Shown: positions 8,760-18,267 of the stretch, piece by piece | Layout: each line of letters opens with the position of its first letter | Numbering within the stretch: the stretch's first letter is position 1 | Assembly: GCA_964638265.1 (NCBI GenBank) | Contig: CAZXAI010000001.1 | Location: forward strand, 1 to 38,511 | DNA length: 38,511 nucleotides | Source of the DNA: an uncultured Zetaproteobacteria bacterium | GTDB lineage: Bacteria; Pseudomonadota; Zetaproteobacteria; Mariprofundales; Mariprofundaceae | Direction of reading: 5' to 3' | The notes under the pieces: generated by a model | What the model saw: the letters and a program-made list of their open reading frames with translations, nothing else | What the model was told of the DNA's origin: nothing | The model's database searches: none | Translations under genes and position numbers: made by a program

Positions 8760-9995
8760 TCAATGCCTGACGCGTGTCTGAAACTTGCGGGCAGAGCTGG
8801 CACGGATGCTGCGATGCTGGCCCATAAGCATGCGTAATCCGGCCAGTTGTTGATTGCGCTGCGCCTTGTCTATGGGTATATCCCGGGCGGACATAACATA
8901 ATATGCTGTTTTGCCTTTGCTGCTTGCTTTCAGGATAATGGCAGACTGCTTGAGACCAATGCGCTTGAGCCGCCTGAGCGCTGCAGATCGTTGGTTGTAA
9001 ACGCCCAGATAGGCCAGCAGCCTGTCGGCAGGCATGTCATTGACGCCCTGCTGCCAAATCACCAGAGCCTGATGGATATGGTTGCGCCTGATTTGCCGCC
9101 AGCCCCGCAGCACCCAGTTCGCTGGCGCGGCGCCTGCTGCCCTGTGATCTGCAGCTGTGTTAGCCATCGTGCTGTTAATATCATCCTCGTACACGTGTAA
9201 CAGCACAGGGCGGGTATCAAAGTGAGGCGGAATGCCGATGGAGACACCGTGTAGACCCCGGCTTTCATACAGATCCATAACAGCCTGTCTGGCCATAAAG
9301 AATGCATCGGGCACGAAATGCCGGGCGGCGAACGGTTCGATAACATGCTGGATATCAGCAGTGCTGACCCGTGTATTGCCTTTCACAATAAAAAACGCGG
9401 ATGCGTGGTGCTGGTGCCTGTTCGGCAGGGCCGGTGCTGCATCAGTAGCACGGCGATTGGGCGCGGGCGGTGTTGTTTCATCCAGCGCGGGCGTGGCTCT
9501 GATAGAAAGGGAGTAATGACGGCCTGCTGACTCAGGGCCGGTGCCGGCGCCTGCGTTGATGCCGCTCTCAATAACATTTAACACGACAATGCCATCTGCT
9601 TTGGTGACGATGGCGCCGTTCAATCCGGATGCGCTGTATAAATCAATGACGCTGCGCATGGCATTGGACACATCCGTATTGGTTTTATGCGCTCCGATAT
9701 AGGGTTGTAAGCGGGACTGAATCTTGGCTGTCGGTATGCGCGAATTACCGGTGATAATAAATGTTTTGATGGTGCGTTCCCTGGCCTGCGCCGGTTTTCT
9801 GGCCTGCGCGCTATTATTGTGTGTGCCTGTAGGAATCAAACGGGTATTCGTATGACTGGCAGTCCTGGAGACACTGGTAGACAGGCGATCCGGCGTATGC
9901 AGCGCTTTCTGATGGCGTGCTTGTTGAGCGCCAGGCGCGGCCACGCATGAGCATAACAACGCGGCTATGCCGAATATATAGATATTAAATTTCAT
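8760..9995 (-). CDS. Putative lipoprotein with two ShlB/FhaC-type POTRA-like domains and no beta-barrel
   Basis: MKFNIYIFGIAALLCSC lipobox-like signal; two repeats of (F)I(I/V)xGNxRxxTAxIQ..L/I.P.....DLY..(S/R)GL..V.L.V.E; basic C-terminal domain. Confidence 0.65.
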   Translation of the reverse strand: MKFNIYIFGIAALLCSCVAAPGAQQARHQKALHTPDRLSTSVSRTASHTNTRLIPTGTHNNSAQARKPAQARERTIKTFIITGNSRIPTAKIQSRLQPYIGAHKTNTDVSNAMRSVIDLYSASGLNGAIVTKADGIVVLNVIESGINAGAGTGPESAGRHYSLSIRATPALDETTPPAPNRRATDAAPALPNRHQHHASAFFIVKGNTRVSTADIQHVIEPFAARHFVPDAFFMARQAVMDLYESRGLHGVSIGIPPHFDTRPVLLHVYEDDINSTMANTAADHRAAGAAPANWVLRGWRQIRRNHIHQALVIWQQGVNDMPADRLLAYLGVYNQRSAALRRLKRIGLKQSAIILKASSKGKTAYYVMSARDIPIDKAQRNQQLAGLRMLMGQHRSIRASSARKFQTRVRH

Positions 9996-10280
9996 CCAGC
10001 CCTCTCGATATGATTCGTCCCTGACCCACAACGGGCAAACGTCGCGTCAATCGCCGCGCATACGTTTGTAGCTCGCCATCGTGCATGCTGATTCGACAGA
10101 ATTATCTATGCAAGCATGCTGTGTTTTTGGGTGATTGGGCAAAGCAGTTTCGGTTATGCGTCAGGGTGGTTATAGTTGTCGCCGCCAGTCACGCATGATC
10201 CGCTATGATGTTCACAGGGGTTACGAATTGATTCTCCTGTGCGGTGAATATTTTATAAAAAACCGGAGAACCCCGCCCAG

Positions 10281-11819
10281 ATGGAAAGCTACTACGTCAC
10301 CACGCCCATTTATTATGTCAACGATGAGCCGCACCTCGGCCATATCTATACCACCATTGCTGCCGATGTGCTGGCCCGGCATCAGCGTTTGAGCGGGCGC
10401 GATGTGTTTTTCCTGACCGGCGTGGATGAACACGGACAAAAGGTGCAGCAGGCGGCTGAAGCGCGCGGCATTGAGCCGATTGAACTGGCTGATCAGGTGG
10501 TGGAGCGCTATCAGAGCCTGTGGCCGGAACTGGAGATATCCAATGACGATTTTATTCGCACCAGTTCGGATCGGCATAAGGCCGGGGTGCAGGCGATGTG
10601 GCGACGGCTGGAAAATGCCGGCACGATTTACAAGGATTTTTACGAGGACTGGTACTGCGTGCCCTGTGAAGCCTACTGGACGGAAACGCAGTTAAAAGAT
10701 GCCGATTGCTTGGAATCCAAACACTGTCCGGACTGCCAGCGTCCGGTTGAGAAGATTCAGGAAGAATCCTATTTCTTCCGTTTGAGTGCTTTTCAGGATC
10801 GTCTGGTCGAACATATCAGGGCCAACCCGGACTTTATTGCGCCGGCATCCCGCCGCAATGAAGTGCTCAGCTTTATCGAATCGGGCCTGCGTGATCTGTC
10901 GGTGTCACGCACCACCTTTTCATGGGGCGTGCCGGTGCCGGGCGATGAAAAACATGTCATTTATGTGTGGATTGATGCGCTGACCAACTACCTGTCTGCG
11001 CTGGGCTTTCCCGAGCAAGATCAACCCGCGCACTGGCCGGCTGACGTACACCTGATTGGCAAGGATATCCTGCGTTTCCACGCAGTGTACTGGCCAGCGA
11101 TGTTGATGGCGGCGGATTTGCCGTTGCCCAAACGCGTTTATGCCCATGGATGGTGGACTGTCGAAGGTGAAAAGATGAGCAAATCCAAGGGTAATGCGCT
11201 CAGGCCTGATGAATTGCTCAAGCAGTATGATGCCGATGTGCTGCGCTATTTCCTGCTGCGCGAGGTGCCCTTTGGACAGGACGGCGATTTCTCATCCGCC
11301 GCTCTGAAGCAGCGTTACAATTCTGAACTGGCCAACGATGTCGGTAATCTGCTCAATCGTTCACTGGCCATGCTGAATAAATATCGCGGCGGCGTACTCG
11401 GCGCGGTGGCCGAAGAACATGAAACCGACCGCGCCCTGATTGCCGATGTAGAAGCCATGCAGCGCGAGGTGGCGGATTATCTGGACAAGCAGGCTTTTCA
11501 CCTGGCGCTGGAACGCATCAATGCGGTAGTGCGTCACGGCAATCGCTATGTGGAGGATAATGCGCCGTGGGCGCTGGCCAAACAGGGTGATGATGCACGC
11601 CTGGATACAGTGCTTTACCACCTGGTGGAAACGCTGCGTCTGGTGGCTGTTCAACTGTTGCCGTTTATGCCGGACAAGATGACCAGCATGCTGGCCCAGA
11701 TCATGGGACGTCCGGTGGATGCTGATGCGATACGCTATCTGAGTGATGGCGGCTGGGGCCTGCTGGGGGCCGGGAATCAGTGCCAGAAACCGGAGCCGCT
11801 GTTTCCGCGCATGGACTGA
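10281..11819 (+). CDS. metG: Methionine--tRNA ligase (short form, no C-terminal tRNA-binding appendage)
   Basis: YYVTTPIYYVN, HLGH, KMSKS, Zn knuckle CVPC..CPDC, YVWIDAL; 512 aa. Confidence 0.97.
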   Translation: MESYYVTTPIYYVNDEPHLGHIYTTIAADVLARHQRLSGRDVFFLTGVDEHGQKVQQAAEARGIEPIELADQVVERYQSLWPELEISNDDFIRTSSDRHKAGVQAMWRRLENAGTIYKDFYEDWYCVPCEAYWTETQLKDADCLESKHCPDCQRPVEKIQEESYFFRLSAFQDRLVEHIRANPDFIAPASRRNEVLSFIESGLRDLSVSRTTFSWGVPVPGDEKHVIYVWIDALTNYLSALGFPEQDQPAHWPADVHLIGKDILRFHAVYWPAMLMAADLPLPKRVYAHGWWTVEGEKMSKSKGNALRPDELLKQYDADVLRYFLLREVPFGQDGDFSSAALKQRYNSELANDVGNLLNRSLAMLNKYRGGVLGAVAEEHETDRALIADVEAMQREVADYLDKQAFHLALERINAVVRHGNRYVEDNAPWALAKQGDDARLDTVLYHLVETLRLVAVQLLPFMPDKMTSMLAQIMGRPVDADAIRYLSDGGWGLLGAGNQCQKPEPLFPRMD

Positions 11820-11848
11820 AGCAACAATTCTGCTAAGCTTTAGCCTTC

Positions 11849-12370
11849 ATGCCGAAAAAGATGTTTCAGCGCTATATGCCCGATCACAGGAAAATACGTG
11901 ATCAGAAATGTTTGCAGTGCTTTGGAAAGTTGCTGCACAACCCGGCGCTGTGGCATTTGAACCGGCATTCTCTGGCCAGAGCTTTTTTTGTCGGATTGAT
12001 TTGCGCCTTTATTCCGGTGCCCTTTCAGATGGTGCTGGCCGCCGCCGGCGCCATTATAATCAATGCCAATTTACCCATTTCCGTTGCGCTGGTGTGGCTG
12101 ACCAATCCGGTGACCATGCCGCCGGTATTCTATGCCTCCTATAAACTGGGGGCCTGGATGATGAATCTGCCGGAGCAGGAGTTTCACTTTGTCGCCAGCC
12201 TGGAATGGGTGCTCAACAGTATGGAGGCGATCTGGCAGCCGTTTTTACTGGGTTGCGCCATACTGGGCGTGGTCAGCGGCATGATCGGTTATATCACGGT
12301 CAAAATCGTCTGGCGCTGGCTGGTGGTTCGCAGGTGGCTGCGCCGGCATCAACAACATCACACGATCTGA
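11849..12370 (+). CDS. DUF2062-family membrane protein
   Basis: LWHLNRHSLARAFFVGL, PVPFQM, ANLPISVALVWLTNPVTMPP. Confidence 0.85.
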   Translation: MPKKMFQRYMPDHRKIRDQKCLQCFGKLLHNPALWHLNRHSLARAFFVGLICAFIPVPFQMVLAAAGAIIINANLPISVALVWLTNPVTMPPVFYASYKLGAWMMNLPEQEFHFVASLEWVLNSMEAIWQPFLLGCAILGVVSGMIGYITVKIVWRWLVVRRWLRRHQQHHTI

Positions 12371-12373
12371 GTC

Positions 12374-13255
12374 TTGTCTGTCCGGTCGGCCATTGAACAA
12401 TCTATCGCCGCAGCGAGCGGCTCATCTGTTTCAATAAGGCATCAACAGGCAGTCAGCGGCGGCAGCATCAATCGCGCCTATCGCATCGAAAGTGACACAC
12501 AGCGCTATTTTCTGAAACTGAACCAGGCCGATAAATTATCCATGTTCGAGGCTGAAGCTGCCGGTTTGCAGGCACTGGCGGCCGCTGGAGCGATGCGCGT
12601 GCCGCTGCCAATCTGCCATGGTGCGACCGCCGGGCAGAGCTGGCTGGTGATGGAATATATCGAGTTCGGCACAGCCGCACAGCACTCCGCCCATCAGTTT
12701 GGCCGCCAGCTGGCGCACCTGCACCGGCAGTCATCGGCGCAGTTCGGCTGGGGTCGCGACAATACCATCGGTTCCACCGTTCAGCATAACGAAAGCATGC
12801 CGGACTGGATTGATTTTTACCGGGAGCGACGTTTGCGCGTCCAGTTGAAACTGGCTGCCGATCATGGCTGTGGCGCTGCCCTGCAGAGCAAAGGAGAACG
12901 CTTGATGCAATGCCTGCCTGTGTTTTTTTCCGGCTATGCGCCGCAACCATCATTGCTGCATGGCGATTTATGGGGTGGCAATTACGCCTTTGATACAACG
13001 GGGCAGGCGGTGATATTCGATCCGGCCGTCTATTATGGTGATCGCGAAGCCGATATTGCCATGACCGAACTGTTCGGCGGTTTTGACGCGGATTTCTATG
13101 CCGCTTATCATGATGCCTGGCCGCTGGACGCCGGCTATGCAGTGCGCAAGAGCCTGTACAATCTCTATCATATACTCAACCACGCCAATCTCTTTGGTGG
13201 CGCTTATGCCGCACAGGCAGAATCCATGATGGATCGTTTACTGGCTGAAATCTAA
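12374..13255 (+). CDS. Fructosamine/ketosamine-3-kinase family protein
   Basis: GGSIN, FLKLN, MFEAEAAGL, FGW..DNTIG, PSLLHGDLWGGN, FDPA.YYGDREADIAM. Confidence 0.93.
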   Translation: MSVRSAIEQSIAAASGSSVSIRHQQAVSGGSINRAYRIESDTQRYFLKLNQADKLSMFEAEAAGLQALAAAGAMRVPLPICHGATAGQSWLVMEYIEFGTAAQHSAHQFGRQLAHLHRQSSAQFGWGRDNTIGSTVQHNESMPDWIDFYRERRLRVQLKLAADHGCGAALQSKGERLMQCLPVFFSGYAPQPSLLHGDLWGGNYAFDTTGQAVIFDPAVYYGDREADIAMTELFGGFDADFYAAYHDAWPLDAGYAVRKSLYNLYHILNHANLFGGAYAAQAESMMDRLLAEI

Positions 13256-13388
13256 TGCAGCATATGTGCACAATGCACAGTTACAAATCCAGTGATACTT
13301 GCCACCCGGGACAGCAGACTGCATCAGGGCGCTTTATCGGGCGCATCCGGATCGTTGTTGCGCTAGGGTTCCAGTCAGGAGTCTGGAT

Positions 13389-13853
13389 ATGAAATGGATA
13401 TGGATGGGGCTTGGCGGGCTGTTGCTGCTCGGCCTGGGGGCATATATTGTCATGGCGATACAGTCGCAGCGGCAGCCTGACGGGCTGGGCCTGCAGGGTG
13501 GCGTATTGCGTCCATGTCCGGACTCGCCCAACTGCGTGTGTTCCGAAGCGCATAGTCAGGGCGATAGCCAGCACGCCATTGATGCATTGCCGGGTGATGC
13601 GGCACTGTGGCAGTCGATGGGCGAGCGCTTAAGCGCGCTGGGCGGGGTGGTGCGGCAGCGCCAGGGCGACTATATGCATGTCATTTTTACTACGCCGGTA
13701 TTTCGCTATGTGGATGATGTGGAACTGCGTTTTGACCGTGCGGCCGGGCTCATCCAGATTCGTTCCGCTGCCCGTATCGGACGCTCCGATTTCGGTGTCA
13801 ATCGCAAACGGGTGGAGCGCATTCGCCGCGCGTTGGCCGGAGCGGATCAGTAA
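13389..13853 (+). CDS. DUF1499-family protein
   Basis: N-terminal TM; LRPCPDSPNCVCS, FRYVDDVE, RSAARIGRSDFGVNRKRVERIR; AGGAG RBS before ATG 13389. Confidence 0.88.
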   Translation: MKWIWMGLGGLLLLGLGAYIVMAIQSQRQPDGLGLQGGVLRPCPDSPNCVCSEAHSQGDSQHAIDALPGDAALWQSMGERLSALGGVVRQRQGDYMHVIFTTPVFRYVDDVELRFDRAAGLIQIRSAARIGRSDFGVNRKRVERIRRALAGADQ

Positions 13854-13871
13854 GGCGGAGAGGGGGAGACG

Positions 13872-15050
13872 ATGACAGGTTTGCAGTTCAGGCGTGCCGG
13901 GTCTGGAATGGGCGGCATGATTTCATGCTGTGAAGAATTCCCCCTGCGTTCGGAGATTGTATATCTCAATCATGCTGCGGTAGGCGTGTGGCCGAAACGG
14001 ACGAGCGATGCCGTCAAGGCATTTGCCGATGAGAATATGCGTCAGGGTGCGGCGGATTATCCCGAATGGATGAAAACAGAGCGTGCACTCAGAGGGCGGC
14101 TGGCGCGACTCATTGCCGCGCCGGCCCATGATGATATCGCACTGGTCAAGAATACCTCGGAAGCCTTATCCCTGATTGCCTACGGTTTGGACTGGCAGCC
14201 GGGCGATAATATCGTATCGACCAATCAGGAGTTCCCTTCCAATCGCATGGTATGGGAGTCGTTGCAGTCTCAAGGGGTGCAATTGAGGCTGGCCGATGTC
14301 GGGCTGGACGATCCGGAAGCAGCGATGTTGGCGCTGTGCGATGAGCGTACCCGGTTGCTGACGGTCAGTTCCGTGCAATTCGGTACGGGCCTGCGCATGG
14401 ATATCAATCGGCTCGGGCGTTTCTGTCGTGATCACGGCATATTGTATTGCGTTGATGCGATTCAGAGTCTGGGTGCATTGCAGTTTGATGTGGGCGCCTG
14501 TCATGCCGATTTTGTCGTGGCTGACGGCCACAAATGGATGCTGGGGCCGGAAGGTCTGGCGCTGTTTTATTCCAGCCCTGCGGCTCGCAACGGGCTCAGT
14601 CTGTTGCAATATGGCTGGCATATGGCCGAGCGGGCAGGGGACTTTGATGCCACCGACTGGACGCCTGCGACTGCGGCCCGGCGCTTTGAGCCGGGCAGCC
14701 CGAACATGCTGGGTATTCATGCCCTGAATGCCAGTTTGTCCTTGCTGGAAGAAATCGGCATGGCGCAGGTTGAAGCCGGCGTGTTGGCCAATGCAGCATT
14801 ACTGATGGCATGGGCGGATGCACAGCCCGAGCTCGCACTGATTACGCCGGCTGAGCCCGCTCGTCATGCCGGCATCGTGACCGTTTGTCATAAACACAAG
14901 GATCAGGCTGCGCATGCCGCGCTGTACCGGCGCTTGATGAACGCGGGTGTCATCTGCGCCCACCGTGCCGGAGGTATCCGCTTTTCACCGCATTTTTATT
15001 CGCAGTTCAACAACCTGGAGCAGCTGTGGGATGAATTGGTTGCCGATTAA
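13872..15050 (+). CDS. PLP-dependent aminotransferase class V (cysteine desulfurase/EgtE-like fold)
   Basis: [23 protein letters not shown] (PLP lysine), [14 protein letters not shown]. Confidence 0.9.
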   Translation: MTGLQFRRAGSGMGGMISCCEEFPLRSEIVYLNHAAVGVWPKRTSDAVKAFADENMRQGAADYPEWMKTERALRGRLARLIAAPAHDDIALVKNTSEALSLIAYGLDWQPGDNIVSTNQEFPSNRMVWESLQSQGVQLRLADVGLDDPEAAMLALCDERTRLLTVSSVQFGTGLRMDINRLGRFCRDHGILYCVDAIQSLGALQFDVGACHADFVVADGHKWMLGPEGLALFYSSPAARNGLSLLQYGWHMAERAGDFDATDWTPATAARRFEPGSPNMLGIHALNASLSLLEEIGMAQVEAGVLANAALLMAWADAQPELALITPAEPARHAGIVTVCHKHKDQAAHAALYRRLMNAGVICAHRAGGIRFSPHFYSQFNNLEQLWDELVAD

Positions 15051-15814
15051 CGCTGGTAGAGAAACTCCGGCCCCATATCGATAACAAATTCCACCCGGCG
15101 GTTTTTGGCGCGCCCTTCGGCGGTGGCATTGGATGCTACCGGTTTGGTGTCGGCATAGCCGGTGGCGTGCAGGCGACTCTGGCTGATGCCCAGGTTGATC
15201 AATGCTTCTACAACAGTGGCGGCCCGGGCGCTGGAGAGTTCCCAGTTGGAATGAAAGCGACCTTTGCTGAGCGGGATATTATCCGTGTGTCCGGCCACTT
15301 CAATTTTGCCCTGATAGTTAGCCAGCACGCGGGCGATGTTTTTGAGGGTGCGCATGGCTTTTTTACTCAGGTGCGTACCGGCTGCATCAAATAGCATATT
15401 GGCGTGCATCTGCAGGCGGATTTCCCCCGGCGATGCTTTATAATCCATTACGCCACCGAGCGAATTGCTGCCGAGTATGCGTTGTACGCTTTCTTCCAGC
15501 CCCTTCTTCTGACCCTGACGTTGAATCGTGGCGTTGTCCGAGACGGGCGAACCCTGGGTGGCGGTATTCTGCGGTGAAGAGGGGGCCTGCATTTTGACGC
15601 CGGCCTTGGAATGGCTGATCGCACCCATGATAATAAACAGCGCCAGCAGCAAGGTCATTAAATCCAGGTAGGCGACCATCCACCCGTCTTGCGTCACCGA
15701 CTGGCCATCGTCTTCAAATAGATGTTCACCGGAGTCGGCCAGAATGTGGCTGCGAATGGATTCCATATCGGAACCGGGATGCTGATCGGCTGTTTTTCCG
15801 TTCTGTTGATGCAT
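15047..15814 (-). CDS. motB: Flagellar-type stator B subunit (MotB/PomB), OmpA-like peptidoglycan-binding domain
   Basis: TM helix [16 protein letters not shown] with the essential Asp; [27 protein letters not shown]; TGATG overlap with motA. Confidence 0.9.
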   Translation of the reverse strand: MHQQNGKTADQHPGSDMESIRSHILADSGEHLFEDDGQSVTQDGWMVAYLDLMTLLLALFIIMGAISHSKAGVKMQAPSSPQNTATQGSPVSDNATIQRQGQKKGLEESVQRILGSNSLGGVMDYKASPGEIRLQMHANMLFDAAGTHLSKKAMRTLKNIARVLANYQGKIEVAGHTDNIPLSKGRFHSNWELSSARAATVVEALINLGISQSRLHATGYADTKPVASNATAEGRAKNRRVEFVIDMGPEFLYQR

Positions 15815-16665
15815 CAGAAGTCATCATCCAGATGGCGTTCTTTTTTGCCGGACGCTTTACTGGTTGGCCGCAACTCGTCGGTGAAGGAATTGCTGGCGCC
15901 GCGCAGCTCATCATCATGCTGGGCCGAAAAGGATTTCAGGGTTTCGCGAATGAATACCGGGCTGCGATTGCCGGCCAGCATGATGGTGCCCTCAACAATC
16001 ATGCGCATAATCATGGCGCGTTTTTCGGTGCGCCGTTCCACCTTGATCGCAATCGGTTTAAAAATCAGATTGGATAGCACCAGCCCGTACAATGTAGTCA
16101 TCAGGGCGACGGCCATATTATGACCGACATTGAGCAGATCCGGGCCATTCATGCCGTATAACATATTCACCATGCCGACCAGGGTGCCGAACATGCCGAA
16201 GGCCGGTGCATAAATGCTCATGGTATGAAAAATATGCGCTTCGGCGCGTTCCTGTTCACGCAGCCGTTTGATGCGCCATTGCAGAATATTAACGATTTCT
16301 CCGGGCGGCGTGTTGTCAATTACCAGCTGGATGGAGGTTCTCAAAAACGGGTTGTTGATGCGCTCCAGCTGATCTTCAATGCGGGCCAGATCACCATGCC
16401 GGCGCAAGCGGGCGGCATGGGCGATTTCGGAGATGTCGTCACGAATGGAATACTCTCTGTTGCGAAATACATGACCTAATATGCGCCAGACTTTGGCCAG
16501 CTCCTGGGTAGGAAAGCTGACCAGCGTGGCAGCCAGGGTACCGCCGATCACGATCAGCAGTCCGGGCAGGTTGATATATACCCCGGGCTGTACGGCGGAC
16601 AGAAAGATCGATAACACAATCAGGCCAATCCCGGCCATAATGCCTGCAATCGTTGACATATCCAT
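15814..16665 (-). CDS. motA: Flagellar-type stator A subunit (MotA/PomA)
   Basis: Start ATG 16665 with CAGGAGA RBS; [21 protein letters not shown] (Arg/Glu spaced like the rotor-contact pair), [24 protein letters not shown]. Confidence 0.9.
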   Translation of the reverse strand: MDMSTIAGIMAGIGLIVLSIFLSAVQPGVYINLPGLLIVIGGTLAATLVSFPTQELAKVWRILGHVFRNREYSIRDDISEIAHAARLRRHGDLARIEDQLERINNPFLRTSIQLVIDNTPPGEIVNILQWRIKRLREQERAEAHIFHTMSIYAPAFGMFGTLVGMVNMLYGMNGPDLLNVGHNMAVALMTTLYGLVLSNLIFKPIAIKVERRTEKRAMIMRMIVEGTIMLAGNRSPVFIRETLKSFSAQHDDELRGASNSFTDELRPTSKASGKKERHLDDDF

Positions 16666-16714
16666 GCTGATCTCCTGAATAAAGCTGTGAGCTGTAGCGC
16701 TGATGCATGGATTA

Positions 16715-16730
16715 AGCAAATTTGCGGCCA
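16715..16730 (-). promoter_or_regulatory. sigma54 -24/-12 promoter upstream of motA
   Basis: Minus-strand TGGCCGCAAATTTGCT, GG-N10-GC, 50 bp upstream of the motA start. Confidence 0.6.
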
Positions 16731-16788
16731 AAGTGAATATTCCTTTGATTGGATTGTCGTGGCAGCTCAGCGGGGCATATGGGCGGGT

Positions 16789-16804
16789 TGGCAAACAATA
16801 TGCT
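16789..16804 (+). promoter_or_regulatory. Possible sigma54 promoter upstream of the HAMP/cyclase-like gene
   Basis: TGGCAAACAATATGCT, GG-N10-GC but with a weaker -12 element (ATGC). Confidence 0.3.
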
Positions 16805-16854
16805 AAGCTAGTTTGTTTACACATAAATATGGATCGAACAAACAGGGAGAAACG

Positions 16855-18258
16855 ATGTCGTTGCGTACGCTGTGGAGTCTGCTGACGATTTTTCTGGTCG
16901 CGATGGTGACCGTTGCGATGCTTGTCAGCATTGCCGATATTGAAAAAAAAGCGTGGCATAATAGTGAGCAGGCGCAGGCCACCCTGTTGATCGGCCTGTT
17001 GAGGGATGAGTTGAAAATGCCGATGGCTGCTGTCTCGATGCCTGAGGTGAAGCAGTTGATTGAAATGTTCATGCGGCACCTGCCCGGGACTGCCATTTTT
17101 CTGCGCTGGGCCAATGGTGAAACGATGAAATTTGGCGATGGCGCCATTCCCGCCGGGGTGAAATCCCTGTCGGCATTGCCCGCCAGGACGATTGCGGTTG
17201 CCGGGCAACCCAAGTGGTATGCCAGCGGCATTACATTCAACCGTACCCGGCTGGGCAGCATTGCTATCTATTTCCCCGGCACATCATGGCGCGAGAATGA
17301 TATGCAGATCAAATCACATCTGGGCACCATGGCGGCAGTGATCGCGCTGCTGGCAGCGCTGCTGGTCTATGCTATGAGCGGACGCATTGTGAAACAACTG
17401 CGCTTGCTGGCTGCCGCATCCAAACGTGTTGCTACGGGTGATTTTGCCGTGCAACTGCCGATTGTTTCGGCCAATGAATTTGGCAAGGCGTTTTATCAAT
17501 TCAACAAGATGGTGTCCAAACTGGAGCATCGCGAGAAGGTATTTGATCTGTATGGGCGTTATCAGCGTCCGCATCTGGTGGCTGATGAATACGATAGAAA
17601 TACGCGGCTGGATGATCACCTGGAGCGGGAAGTCAGCGTGGTGGTCGTCGAAATGATCGATTTTAACGCCTACCTGCAACATAATGATCACGAACAGGTG
17701 ATTGCTACGCTGAATCGTTGTTTCGCCCTGTTTCAGCAAATCGTGCATGCCTTCGGCGGGCATGTGGATCATGTCAATAACGAACGCCTGGTGGCTGTAT
17801 TCAATCACCCGTTTGATCTGAAGTGTCATGAAAATCAGGCGGCCAAGGCTGCTATGGCTCTGCTGGCAGGCTGTGAAAAAATGGCCATAACACGGGCCGA
17901 CGGCGGTATGGTTGCATTTCGTGCCGGTATGGCGATTGGCGAGGTGCTTGTCGGTCATCTGGGCATAGGGCGCAGAAAGGAATTCACCATTATCGGCGCA
18001 CCGGTGGGGCAGGCGGGGCTGCTGGCCGGGATCGGTGACGGCACCTATGTCACGGCGCAATATGGCACCATGCTATCGCTCGGTCACGGCTTCAAACAGA
18101 AGGATCTGGGACAGCAGACATTAGCCGATGGCACGCAACTGCGTTGCATCAATATTCTGCCGGGTGAGACCTATATCAGTCAGGAAATTGAAGCGGTGGT
18201 GGCAAAATCACTGGTGCGGGCTGAACCCGAAGATATTCCGGGCGATGAAGGATGGTAA
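16855..18258 (+). CDS. Membrane sensor (TM-periplasmic-TM-HAMP) with a degenerate class III nucleotide-cyclase-like domain
   Basis: Two TM segments; HAMP (LRLLAAASKRVATGDF..EFGKAFYQFNKMV); cyclase scaffold REVSVVVVEMIDFN / GGHVDHVNNERLVAVF / FRAGMAIGEVLVG / EFTIIGAPVGQAGLL; GGGAGA RBS before ATG 16855. Confidence 0.8.
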   Translation: MSLRTLWSLLTIFLVAMVTVAMLVSIADIEKKAWHNSEQAQATLLIGLLRDELKMPMAAVSMPEVKQLIEMFMRHLPGTAIFLRWANGETMKFGDGAIPAGVKSLSALPARTIAVAGQPKWYASGITFNRTRLGSIAIYFPGTSWRENDMQIKSHLGTMAAVIALLAALLVYAMSGRIVKQLRLLAAASKRVATGDFAVQLPIVSANEFGKAFYQFNKMVSKLEHREKVFDLYGRYQRPHLVADEYDRNTRLDDHLEREVSVVVVEMIDFNAYLQHNDHEQVIATLNRCFALFQQIVHAFGGHVDHVNNERLVAVFNHPFDLKCHENQAAKAAMALLAGCEKMAITRADGGMVAFRAGMAIGEVLVGHLGIGRRKEFTIIGAPVGQAGLLAGIGDGTYVTAQYGTMLSLGHGFKQKDLGQQTLADGTQLRCINILPGETYISQEIEAVVAKSLVRAEPEDIPGDEGW

Positions 18259-18267
18259 TGAATCTGT

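Noticed and set aside
8760-9995. TpsB/ShlB or BamA outer-membrane transporter call
   Set aside because: No beta-barrel, no C-terminal aromatic signature, too short, and no partner tpsA.
15047-16665. Zorya (ZorAB) or ExbBD/TolQR interpretation of the orphan motor pair
   Set aside because: The A subunit is 283 aa with no long ZorA tail and keeps flagellar stator motifs; no zorC/D/E or tonB/tolA neighbours are present.
16666-17208. N-terminal extensions in the ORF track (motA to 17208, PilZ-type gene to 20013, SPOR gene to 32025, anti-sigma to 27931)
   Set aside because: They overlap neighbouring real genes; better starts with an RBS or stop-start coupling exist downstream.
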